A stretch of DNA of 56,938 nt, the filler included, from Dugesia japonica (taxonomy: Eukaryota): assembly GCA_001938525.1 (NCBI GenBank). It is 5 parts of 5 records of this genome, joined end to end, with 100 filler letters (N's around TTAATTAATTAA, not from the genome) between each part and the next. Parts side by side here need not be neighbours in the genome. Positions count along the whole stretch, not along the records: positions 1 to 8,835 come from MQRL01556183.1; positions 8,936 to 21,233 come from MQRL01462987.1; 3 more parts are not named here. The stretch is one strand, 5' to 3'. The position numbers and the translations under genes are program-made. Shown piece by piece: positions 1 to 10,354 of this stretch. How positions within the stretch are numbered: position 1 is the first letter of the stretch; the number at the start of each line of letters is the position of its first letter. A model generated the notes under the pieces. The model saw nothing but the letters and a program-made list of their open reading frames with translations. It had not been told where the DNA came from and searched no databases.

Positions 1-980
1 TATGTAAATCAACGGAAGTTTGTAAGCATATGTGGATTAATTATGTATTTTATTATTGCAATGATATGTATATTTTATATATTAAGAGAATTTAGTGTAT
101 TAACATATATAGATTTCATTGAATTATTTGCGTTGTATGGACTTATATGTATTACGGTTAATTGTATGAACTGTTTTATTGATTACATTGTGTTTGTTGT
201 ACGATTTTATTGACTATATTGGTTTTTATTGATATTTAGTAACTTCCTTAAAATATTTTATGGACATTCAGTAATTTTTTAAAAATATTTTAGATCAATC
301 TAGTAAATCTTTGAAAACTTTTAATCAACATCATTAAAATATGCAAAAAACAAATTACATGTAANNNNNNNNNNNNNNNNNNNNNNNNNNNNNNNNNNNN
401 NNNNNNNNNNNNNNTAAATCAACGGAAGTTTGTAAGCATATGTGGATTAATTATGTATTTTATTATTGCAATGATATGTATATTGTATATATTAAGAGAA
501 TTTAGTGTATTAACATATATAGATTTCATTGAATTATTTGCATTATATGGACTTATACGTATTAGGGTTAATTGTATGAACTGTTTTATTGATTACATTG
601 TGTTTGTTGTACGATTTTAATGATCATATTGGTTTTTATTGATATTTAGTACCTTCCTTAAAATATTTTATGGGCATTAAGTAATTTTTTAAAAATATTC
701 TAGATCAATCTAGTAAATCTTTGAAAACTTTTAATCAACATCATTAAAATATGCAAAAAACAAATTACATGTAAACCGAGGCCATTATACTTGGGCAATA
801 CAAACACNAGTTAATTAAAGATAGAGCAACACGAATGCAAGTACACAAATTTATTACTACAAATGGTCCATTTGTGTTTTTATGATATTTTAGAGTTTAA
901 TAGGGTTTTCTAAAATTTTTATGATTTTATATGGTTCTTTAGGGTTTTTATAAGGTATTTATAAGGTTTTGTAGAATTTA
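1..980. repeat. Tandemly duplicated ~410-bp AT-rich repeat (1-364 and 415-774, around an N gap) plus flank; left arm of a long inverted repeat
   Basis: 1-364 and 415-774 are near identical (possibly an assembly duplication across the gap). About 500-980 recurs reverse-complemented at about 1895-2411, and 1-40 recurs inverted at about 1060-1100. Confidence 0.8.
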
Positions 981-1894
981 TTTGACATCCATAGAATTAT
1001 ATATATTATATTGAGTTTTATTGTACAATGTAAATATCATTTTATTAATAAAATACACAAAGTCCATATATGCTTGCAAACCTCGGTTGATTTACATATA
1101 AATTTCATTTATATGTAACACACCTCAAACATTTTATTTATTATTTACTGATAATATAGTATACTTGTCACCATTAATACATGTTTATTCGTTTTTAACA
1201 CCAAAGTGATGACATTGATCGTATACGATCCAAGAGTTTTCATGTATATTGAAATTTACATTAAACGTTTTATTTTAAATTTTATTAGTTTATTGATTGT
1301 ATAAATAAATAAAAAATATATTTGTCCTCTTTATTTTCATTTAAAAATTTTCTGGTCACCAACGATCGATTTTGTAAGTTATTTTTAACAAAAAAACATT
1401 TAATTCCGGGGTTAAATTTTATTGTTAACTCTCAATTATAAATTTCATTTTCCATAAATTGTCAATTTTTTCTAATTTATAAATTAACTGATTAATTTTT
1501 AATTTTAATAAGTGTTGAATTTCTCATACAGGCAGACAAAATTTCATTAACCACTCATTCCTATTTACGCGCTCATGATTTATTTATATATTTACAATTT
1601 AATTTTTCTTCATTTTAATTTATTATTAATTCATTTGTTTCTTATTTAGTATACCTAATAAAATTGAGTGAGATTTCAATTAGGATATCATATTAAATTT
1701 TATATTTTAAGAATTAAATTTTTTTCAACTAAAATTGATTCAATCTATTTTCAATATAAGTTTTCAACAGTTTTTAAAATTTTATTGTATTTTATTATTA
1801 TATTTTTATATTTTAAATTTTAAATAAATTTATAATCGAAACTAGTAATCATTAAAATAATAATAACAATAAAAAATAATAATAATAAATAACT

Positions 1895-2411
1895 TATAAA
1901 AACCCATAGAATTATATAAAACCATACATTAAACTCTAAAATATCATAAAAACCCGAATGAACCCTTTGTAAAAATACTTTTATGTACTTGCATTCGTAC
2001 TACATTGTCTTTGTTCTAGTTGCATTCGTTTTTTTTGCACAAGTATAACTCTCGCTCTTTGTTTACTTGCACTCGTATTGCATCATCTTTGTTTAAATCG
2101 CATTTGTGTTGCTCAAGTGTAACTCATGCCCCTAGATTACATGTAATTTGTTTTTTGCAAATTTTAATGATGTTGATTAAAATTTTTCAAAGATTTACTA
2201 GATTTATCTAAAATATTATAAAAAATTACTGAATGTCCATAAAATATTTTAAGGAAGTTACTAAATATCAATAAAAACCAATATAGTCATTAAAATCATA
2301 CAATTAACACAATACACTCAAAGAAAACATTTCATACAATTAACCGTAATACATATAAGTCCATACAACGCAAAGAATCCGATGAAATCTTTATACGTTA
2401 ATACACTAAAT
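1895..2411 (-). repeat. Inverted copy of the 500-980 repeat (foldback/MITE-like arm)
   Basis: For example ttacatgtaatttgttttttgcaaattttaatgatgttgattaaaatttttcaaagatttacta (~2138-2200) is the near-exact reverse complement of ~711-774. Confidence 0.8.
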
Positions 2412-2499
2412 AAACCTAATATGATAACTGAAATGAAATAATAAACCTAACAGAGCTAGTTACATCATATAATAAACCCAATAAAATCACTAGATCAAT

Positions 2500-2502
<3 letters not shown>

Positions 2503-2548
<46 letters not shown>

Positions 2549-2637
2549 TAAAAATAATAATAAAAATAATAANNNNNNNNNNNNNNNNNNNNNNNNNNNN
2601 NNNNNNNNNNNNNNNNNNNNNNATAATAATAATAATA
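2503..2637. repeat. (AAT)n microsatellite spanning an N gap
   Basis: Seen directly; explains the poly-Ile ORF 2490-2702. Confidence 0.95.
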
Positions 2638-4097
2638 AAAAATATTAAACTAATAAATATGGTATTCATATTTCGATTGCTAATTGTTGTTACAGAATTC
2701 AAATTAAATAATAAAATTATAAAAAATTGTCATAACATTAGTTTTGATTTGAATATTCTATTGTAAATACGAAACTAACCAAGTAAACTGAGAAAATTAT
2801 AAAATTAATTTTACAAAAATTGATAAAAACTATTGTCTAATTCAATTGAACTGAACAAAATTAAAATTTTCGACATTAATAATGAATAAGCGTTTCTATA
2901 GTTAACAGAAAATATTTTTAAAAAAAAAGTGACAAAAGATATTTCTCGCTTCCAATAAAACTCTATATAAAAAGCTGGAAGTTTTCTTTTATATTCGTAT
3001 TTCCATATATAATTCGATTTGGGAAGTGATAACTCATTAGTTATGACATACTAATTCAATAATAAACTGCATATTGAATTTGGTAGCTGGAATTACGACA
3101 TTAATTAATCATTGAAGAGAGAAGTTTCTTTTTATCAGAAATGACAGCTTTTTTTAGGAATACAACAGTAATTTTCCATCAAGAACTTCAATATTTTATT
3201 ATCGTTTATCGCCAACTTCAATAAAGTTCTGTTTCTATTTAATACACAGTATTCAATATCTCAACAACATTTGAAGAAAATTGACAACTTACAATTGTGT
3301 ACTTCGCTTTTGTTATTTGTTATGAGGAGTAATATTTTTTTACATGTTTCATTGTTTTTGTTAACTTATAACAATTTCTTTTAGTATAATCGTATCCAAT
3401 GAAATGTTTGAAGTAATTAATTTTTGTGGAATTCTTTGGTTTTTTTTTCGATAATTATTTTTATTTTGATAATATTTTCCACATTATTTTAACTAGGGCT
3501 TATTTTTGAGGAGGGTTTATATTCCGAAAAAGACGGTATCACTATATAAAGATTAAAAAGCAAGTACCATAACATAATTTATACCTTTATGTTACAGATA
3601 TTAACATTAAATTACACCTATATTAGTTTATTTAAAATCTTCCTACTTTGAAAATTCTTAACAATTAATTTTAATTTAATAACAAAGGCTTTTGAAGTTT
3701 CTTGTGGCAGCAATTAACAATTTTATTATTAACAAAGCCATGAAAATGAACTTTTAAGTCTTCAACCAGACTTGGTAAACTCGGTTCAGAAATTCGAAAA
3801 ACTATGGAAAGATCACTAATAAAGATAAAGAAACGAAATAATTTTTGGAAGAAGCGGATTAAACTTATAACAACAACACTCATAAAATTTTGCCTAGACG
3901 GTTTTAACATCAGTTATGAAAGAGATATTATTGCGTCAATATGAAATTATATTCCTATGATGATAAAGTATGGTAATATTGCTGAGAATTTTAAAAATCG
4001 AGTTCATGTTTTGGTTATATATATATATATATATATAAGTAGATATAGGTAGTTACTATCCTAGTCACGTAGTCAAATGCAATATTTTAGATTTATT

Positions 4098-4475
4098 AAA
4101 AAGTGCCATTTTAAGCGAAGCCGCAATATGGCAACTTATGACAAGATTTCAATGTAAAATGTAATAAAATATAGTAAAAAGAGTGTAATATAATAATAAA
4201 AATACCATTTTAGCAAAACCGCAATATGGTGACTCATTACAAGATTTAAATTAAAAATGTAATGATTTAAAAATAAAATGCCATATTTGGCAAATTATTA
4301 CCAATTTTACTACTTTCCCCATAGGGAAGTAACGATCTTGGACAGGTAGTCAACTCAGAAATACTGCTATTATTATTACTACTGATTAATGATTATTAGT
4401 AGTAATTATCAGTAGTAATGATTATTATTACTGATTAATGATTATTATCAGTAGTAATTATCAGTAGTAATTATC

Positions 4476-4524
<49 letters not shown>

Positions 4525-4584
4525 AAAAATATTATGATTACCCCCCCACCTATAGGAAAGTAGCGATCTTGGACAGGTAGTCAA
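4098..4584 (+). repeat. Repeat-rich region upstream of pPolB, probable Polinton terminal/sub-terminal region: ~65-bp direct repeats (4098-4165, 4198-4263), 33-bp direct repeats (4321-4353, 4552-4584), TAC/AGT hairpins and (AGT)16 at 4476-4523
   Basis: ATAGGGAAGTAACGATCTTGGACAGGTAGTCAA vs ATAGGAAAGTAGCGATCTTGGACAGGTAGTCAA (2 mismatches); ATTACTACTGAT/ATCAGTAGTAAT inverted pair. Polinton termini are known to begin with short AG/AGT tandem repeats. The assignment as a terminus is inference. Confidence 0.55.
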
Positions 4585-4649
4585 TCCTAATTTTCATAAA
4601 ATATTTTAAAGAGGTAATAAGAGGTGTGAGTAAATTTATCCTATAGAAA

Positions 4650-5852
4650 ATGGCTACAGCATTAACTACACTAAGAACAATACCACTTAAATGTTGGAAA
4701 TGTAAATTAAGTTTTAAAAATGCCACAGGGTTATTAAGTCATCTTAAATCAAAATCATGTACAAGACCTAAAGATAAAAATTTTAGTTGTGAAAAATGTT
4801 TGAAAAGATTTGAAANAGAATCTGGATTAATGAAGCATAAAAAGTCATCAAAATGTTGGAATCCAATTGATGTGAGTTTACGTTGTGACATTTGTAATAA
4901 AACTTTCAAAAGACAAGATCAAGCTAAAATACATTTTAATGGGGATGAACATAAAAATAAAGTTAGAAGAAATCTACAATTACAACAAATTCAACAATTA
5001 CAACAACAACAAGAAAATGAACTTGAAGTACCCGAACCCGAACCATCAATAACACCAACATTGGAAAATTTATTTAACATTGAAGCATATAATGATTTTG
5101 AAATTCAAATTGGATTAAATTCAATATTGATAATGACAAAGGATATTAGTGAAAGAAATTCACAATCAATTTTGGATTTTCGGCAAGAGATTACAACTAT
5201 TGCAAAAAAAGTTTATGAGAGTCAGGGTAAATACAAATTCCGAATAGTTGCAAATGGAGTATATAGTAAAGAAACTGCCACAGCTGTTTTCCATTCTTAT
5301 TCTAATAATAATATTGTTTATATAAAAAGGAAAATTCCAAATGTTGTAGAGATGGCACTAAAAAATTTACAAANATTTATTAGACATGAAGCTAGAAATG
5401 AATCAAATTGGAATTTAGATTATATTAGAGATTATACAATTGAATTTGTGAGATATGAATCAACAGTTGGGGGTACATATCGAGAATTACCATTTGTAAA
5501 AAATGGGTTAGTTAATATAAAAAATAATGATGATAACTGTTTCTTATATTCCGTATTGGCGCATAGGCATCTAATAAATCTTCATCCAGAACGTGTAAGT
5601 AATTACAAACCATATTTATCAGAATTAATAATAAAAGATTTAAAATTTCCAATGGAAATAGATGATATAAAAAAATTTGAAAAATTAAATAATTGGGAAA
5701 TAAATGTTTTTGAATTAGATAGAAATCAAAAAATAACACCACTTAGAATTAAACATTTTGAGACAAAAACCAATTCTGAAGAAAATAAATGTAATTTACT
5801 AATTTATAAAAATCATTATCTATTATGTAGAGATGTTAATGTTTTTGCATGA
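4650..5852 (+). CDS. N-terminal part of a Polinton/adintovirus-type protein-primed DNA polymerase B: three C2H2-type zinc fingers, Gln/Glu-Pro linker and conserved pPolB N-terminal domain
   Basis: CWKC..F.....L..H, CEKC..F.....L..H and CDIC..F......IH....H fingers. GGTYRELP...LVNIKNNDDNCFLYSVLAH and LKFPMEIDDIKKFEKLN..EINVF...CNLLIYKNHY match the N-terminal region of animal Polinton-type PolBs. Ends at TGA 5850-5852, just before an A10 run. Confidence 0.85.
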   Translation: MATALTTLRTIPLKCWKCKLSFKNATGLLSHLKSKSCTRPKDKNFSCEKCLKRFEXESGLMKHKKSSKCWNPIDVSLRCDICNKTFKRQDQAKIHFNGDEHKNKVRRNLQLQQIQQLQQQQENELEVPEPEPSITPTLENLFNIEAYNDFEIQIGLNSILIMTKDISERNSQSILDFRQEITTIAKKVYESQGKYKFRIVANGVYSKETATAVFHSYSNNNIVYIKRKIPNVVEMALKNLQXFIRHEARNESNWNLDYIRDYTIEFVRYESTVGGTYRELPFVKNGLVNIKNNDDNCFLYSVLAHRHLINLHPERVSNYKPYLSELIIKDLKFPMEIDDIKKFEKLNNWEINVFELDRNQKITPLRIKHFETKTNSEENKCNLLIYKNHYLLCRDVNVFA

Positions 5853-5866
5853 AATAAAAAAAAAAT

Positions 5867-7786
5867 TTGTGTTTAGGTTGTATGAATGTTTATCATAGTA
5901 AAAAATTATTAGAAAAACATCAAACAGAATGCATCCACCATGAACCCGCAAAAGTTTCATTTCCACATGATGATTATTATGAATTTAAAGATTTTGATTA
6001 TATGAATAAAGTTCCATTTGCACTTTATGCGGATTATGAAACTTACACTGATACCACCACTAAAAAACATAAACCATTATGTTTAGGAATTCAAATTGTA
6101 AGTGCATATCCAGATTTAATCCAAAATAGGTATATTAGATTTACGGGTGAAGATCTTATTGAAAAATTTTTTAAATTTCTAAAAGAGTTTGATGAACGGG
6201 TTGAAAAAATTAAGGAGGAAAAATTAATAAAAATTTACACTGGAACTGATCACCCAGAATTCATCCCAAATCAAGATTGTAGATATTGTGAGAAACCACT
6301 ACTTGGTAATGTAGTGAGTAGTGAGCCAGGTAGTGAGCCAGGTAGTGAGTCAGGTAGTGAGTCAGAAAGTAGTAGTGAGGTAAGCAGTAGTAGTGAGTCA
6401 GGTAGTGAGCCAGGTAGTGAGTCAGAAAGTAGTAGTGAGTCGGGTAGTGAGTCAGGTAGTGAGTCAGGTAGTGAGTCAGAAAGTGTAGTGGGTAGTGTAG
6501 TAGGTAGTGATCAGTCAGGTAGTGCAGTAGTAATTGATCATGATCATTTTAATGAAAAATTTCGTGGCTATGCACATCGAGCTTGTAATCTTAATGATCG
6601 ATCAATAAAAAATTTATTCGTCCCACTTTATTTTCACAATGGAGCCGGATATGATAACCATTTATTTTTTAAGGAATTAATGGCAAAATATCCCAAGGAT
6701 ATTAAAAAATTAATACCACATTCCGATGAAGAATACATTTCCTTCCATTATAGAAAAATTAGGTTCCTGGATTCTAATAAATTATGCCCATTCACACCAG
6801 TAGAAAAAATGGCTAAAATATTATTAAAAATAAAAAAATATCCAATTACTAAATCTCATGGATTATTCCCAAGGAAAGCTTTCTATCCCTACTCATATGT
6901 TAAGGGGAAAGATTTTAATGAGGTTCAAGAATTATTAAAAAGAGATTACACCCCAACAAAAGAAGATTTCTATAACGATTTAAAAGAAGCCCCAATGACC
7001 CCAAACGATTATGAACAATTTTTAAAGGACTACAACAAAATGAAAACTGTGGGGACCCAGACAATAAAGAAATTTAAAAATATATTAGAATACACCCTTT
7101 ATTACAATAGGTTGGACGTCACCATCCTAGCTGATTTTATAGAAATACTTAGGGATAATTCTCTAAAGTATTATAAAATAGATCCGTGCTATTGTTATAC
7201 AGCCCCAAGCTTAACGTGGAAAGCAGGAATGAGATTTACTAAAGCAAAACTAAAATATGCGAAACCATGGACTTATGATATATTTTTAATGATAGAACGA
7301 GGGATTCGTGGGGGCTATTCCGGATTATGCGGTAGCAGATTGGTATTGCCATTTAGGAATAAATCACTATATAAAATGTTTACTAAAGATCAAGTAGAAG
7401 AAATGCGAAAGGCGGCACGTCAAGGAAAATCAATAGATCATTATTTTAGAGAATCATTTTTAAAATACATTGATGCAAATTCATTATATGCAAGTGCAAT
7501 GATAATGGCATTATCAACAGGTGAAATAACTATGTCTCCAAATTTAATGTATGAACCTTCAACTGAGACAATGAATTATCTTTATGAAGTTGACTTAGAA
7601 TACCCACCAGAAATTCATAATAAGACATTTGATTATCCATTGGCTCCAGAAATATTAAATATTAGAGAAGACATGTTAGGTCCTTATCAAAAATCATTTA
7701 AAAAGAAATTACCAAAAGAAAATAAAAAACTTACATTAAATCAATATGATAAAAAAAATTATGTTGTCCTTGGTTCAACACTAGAT
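5867..7786 (+). CDS. Protein-primed DNA polymerase B, middle part: Zn finger, 3'-5' exonuclease, endonuclease-VII-like insertion and polymerase motif A
   Basis: CLGC...H...C finger; ExoI LYADYETY; EndoVII-like CRYC...DHDH...FRGYAHRACN; ExoII YFHNGAGYDNH; ExoIII YNRLDV; ERGIRGG; motif A YIDANSLYASAM; YEVDLEYPPEIH..DYPLAPE. Runs into the N gap 7787-8046, which would contain motif B. Confidence 0.92.
6311..6526 (+). repeat. In-frame coding minisatellite (GGTAGTGAGTCA/CCA 12-mer and AGT-derived units) encoding ~72 aa of SE(P/S)G repeats
   Basis: Seen directly. It lies between CRYCEKPL and VIDHDH of the EndoVII-like domain and the reading frame is preserved. Confidence 0.95.
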
Positions 7787-8048
7787 NNNNNNNNNNNNNN
7801 NNNNNNNNNNNNNNNNNNNNNNNNNNNNNNNNNNNNNNNNNNNNNNNNNNNNNNNNNNNNNNNNNNNNNNNNNNNNNNNNNNNNNNNNNNNNNNNNNNNN
7901 NNNNNNNNNNNNNNNNNNNNNNNNNNNNNNNNNNNNNNNNNNNNNNNNNNNNNNNNNNNNNNNNNNNNNNNNNNNNNNNNNNNNNNNNNNNNNNNNNNNN
8001 NNNNNNNNNNNNNNNNNNNNNNNNNNNNNNNNNNNNNNNNNNNNNNTT

Positions 8049-8252
8049 AGATGTAAAGTATTTACTAGGGATAATGAACAAGTTGCGCAAGTTGCGGCAA
8101 TGCATATGCGCAAACCAAATTTAGTATATAACAAATTTCAATATATTGGTTTCATGGTTTTAGAACATGCCAAGGCAATAATGTACAATTACGTTTACAA
8201 TATAATGTTACCACTAATAGGAAGAGAAAATTATAATATTCATTATTCAGAT
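8049..8252 (+). CDS. pPolB polymerase domain up to motif C (N-extein ending ...HYSD)
   Basis: NKFQYIGFMVLEHAKAIMY...HYSD aligns with NKPIYIGFGILELSQLHMY...IYSDTDS of the second copy at 46400-46642. The frame is open from the gap edge (RCKVFTRDNEQVAQVAAMHMRK). Confidence 0.9.
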
Positions 8253-8835
8253 AGTGTAACAGCTGACACCCCAATATTAATAAGGGAACTTGGTGAGAAA
8301 CCTCAAATTAAAATGATATTAGAAATTTCTGAAGATTTTAAAGAAAGATTAGATGGAAAGGAATATGCAGAAATAGAAAATTATGAAATATGGGCCCAAA
8401 GTGGATGGGTAAAATTAAAGAAAGTAATTAGACATTTTACCAATAAAAAGATTTATAGAGTTATTACAAAAATGGGGATCGTAGATGTAACAGAAGATCA
8501 TTCATTATTAGATGAAAATGGTAAACAAATAAAACCCGGGGATTTAACGAATGAAACTAAATTACTTCATAATAGAATTTTTAAATTACATAATGAGAAT
8601 TACTATCATGGTGTAAATAAAATAATAAGAGATAAGTGGAGTCTTGCAAAATTATACTACATGGGATTATCATTAGGGATGAATTTAATTATTGTAGAAG
8701 AAGATGGAGGATTTAATATTTTGGAATCAAAAGAAAATATAGTAGAAAATGTAGTACAAAGTGTTAGATTTTTAAGAGAAGGATTAGAAGATGTTTATGA
8801 TATTGAAACTGAAGATGGATCCTTTAATTGTGGAT
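8253..8835 (+). mobile_element. Intein (Hint domain; mini-intein with remnant of homing endonuclease) inserted in PolB motif C, truncated by the contig end
   Basis: Starts with Ser directly after YSD. Block A SVTADTPILIR; W..SGWVKLKKVIRH.T.KKIYRV; block B VDVTEDHSLL (TxxH); block F EDVYDIETEDGSFNCG. 194 aa are visible; block G and the +1 Thr are not in the assembly. Confidence 0.9.
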
Positions 8836-8935
8836 NNNNNNNNNNNNNNNNNNNNNNNNNNNNNNNNNNNNNNNNNNNNTTAATTAATTAANNNNNNNNN
8901 NNNNNNNNNNNNNNNNNNNNNNNNNNNNNNNNNNN
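8836..8935. other. Artificial contig linker N44-TTAATTAATTAA-N44
   Basis: An identical 100-bp construct with six-frame stop codons occurs four times in the window. Confidence 0.97.
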
Positions 8936-9751
8936 AATAATATTTATTATAATAGTAAATATAGAAGATGAAAACAGAAAATATATTTGTAAAAATGCAT
9001 TCAATAATAAGTCCAAGCATCAATTCAAAATTAATTACTTTTTTTAAATATTAATTACTTAATTTAAAGTAATATATTAATTAAAGGATATATGCAGTGT
9101 GTCAAATAAGATATTCGGATAAACTGGTTTTATTATGAAAATTTACAAATATGAAATGGTAAAATTATAAACTACTTTCACATAAAGAAAGATTAAAAGA
9201 TGTGTGTGAGTGGACAAAAAATTAGAAAAGCGCAAATTATGTGTTTTTTAGATATACACAGGTAGTTTATAGTAGGTACAGATTGATATAACTGAAGCAG
9301 TATTGTCACAGAGAAATAAAGGAACAGAAAGAGTTATTTCGTATAGACATTGTCGGGCTAAAGTTTTCAGGCGCCACGAACAAATTCCTTGTTTGCCGAC
9401 TTTCCCCTCCGTTTCCAATTTTTAAAAAGTAATATATAAATTTCAGTAGCATAGCTTTTTTAAGTTAATTTTGCAAAAATGTAACGTTAAAAGAAANTTT
9501 TTTTTGACCATTATTTTACAAAAATACCAACAATTGATAATGATAATATACAAATATACGTTTTGACAGTAAGGAGTCAATTACACCCTGTACACACGAT
9601 TTTCGAGCAGTTATTAATTTGTAATACCAAAAATGTAAGGATGGTGTCTAAGATCAATTGACGTCAACAATTTTTTTCACGATAAATTTGATAAATCCAA
9701 GATTTTAGTTAAAATACTGATAATTTGTGGGATAGAAGTTTATATTTTATT

Positions 9752-9804
9752 AGGGGGTCATTGAAAGTTTTACAGGGGGTCATTGAAAGTTTTACAGGGG
9801 GTCA
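9752..9804. repeat. 22-bp tandem repeat (AGGGGGTCATTGAAAGTTTTAC x ~2.4)
   Basis: Seen directly. Confidence 0.9.
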
Positions 9805-10354
9805 CAAATTGTCTGATAATTGTTGACAGCTCCTAGTTAAGTTCAGTAGTTACTCTCTACATAACTTTAATTGTAATTATCTATTCCACCAAAATAAGCA
9901 ACGTTCTCTGTCATTTTGACATTACAAATACACTTCAAGTTTCAAATAATATTTCGGGATTTTAGAAAAAAAACGCTACAGAGATAACCAAAATTGTCTC
10001 CTCTTTAATGTTATTATGATATTATTTCTTGAAATAATCCCGAAAATTGAGTCAAGTAAGCAAATTGATATCATATTTATTACCCGGATTGTCTGAGCAT
10101 AATAGGACGTAAAATTGCATTACTAATGTATCGCGTCAGATGTTTTTGATAAATAAAGTTACCCAATGAAAAGGTTATTTAGTTATAAATATATAAATAT
10201 TGGACAAAATCAAAATACTGAGAATTTCTTTGTTATTTTTAGTTGTAGGGATTTCCCTTTTTCCAAGATTTGTGTTTAAACAAAATCTTTGAAGTACATC
10301 ATTTTTTTACGTTAACAGAACAATCGAGTATATCTAGTGATGATAACAAAATAA

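Noticed and set aside
5512-5742. Antisense ORFs over the polymerase and Gypsy pol (also 35328-35687, 37231-37461)
   Set aside because: Shadow ORFs of real coding strands.
8253-8835. Hedgehog-type or other stand-alone Hint domain gene
   Set aside because: It begins with Ser exactly at the YSD|TDS polymerase site in the same frame, and there is no Hedge domain or signal peptide, so an intein fits better.
8880-8891. Recurrent TTAATTAATTAA palindrome as a biological site
   Set aside because: Always centred in exactly 44+44 Ns; a synthetic six-frame-stop linker.
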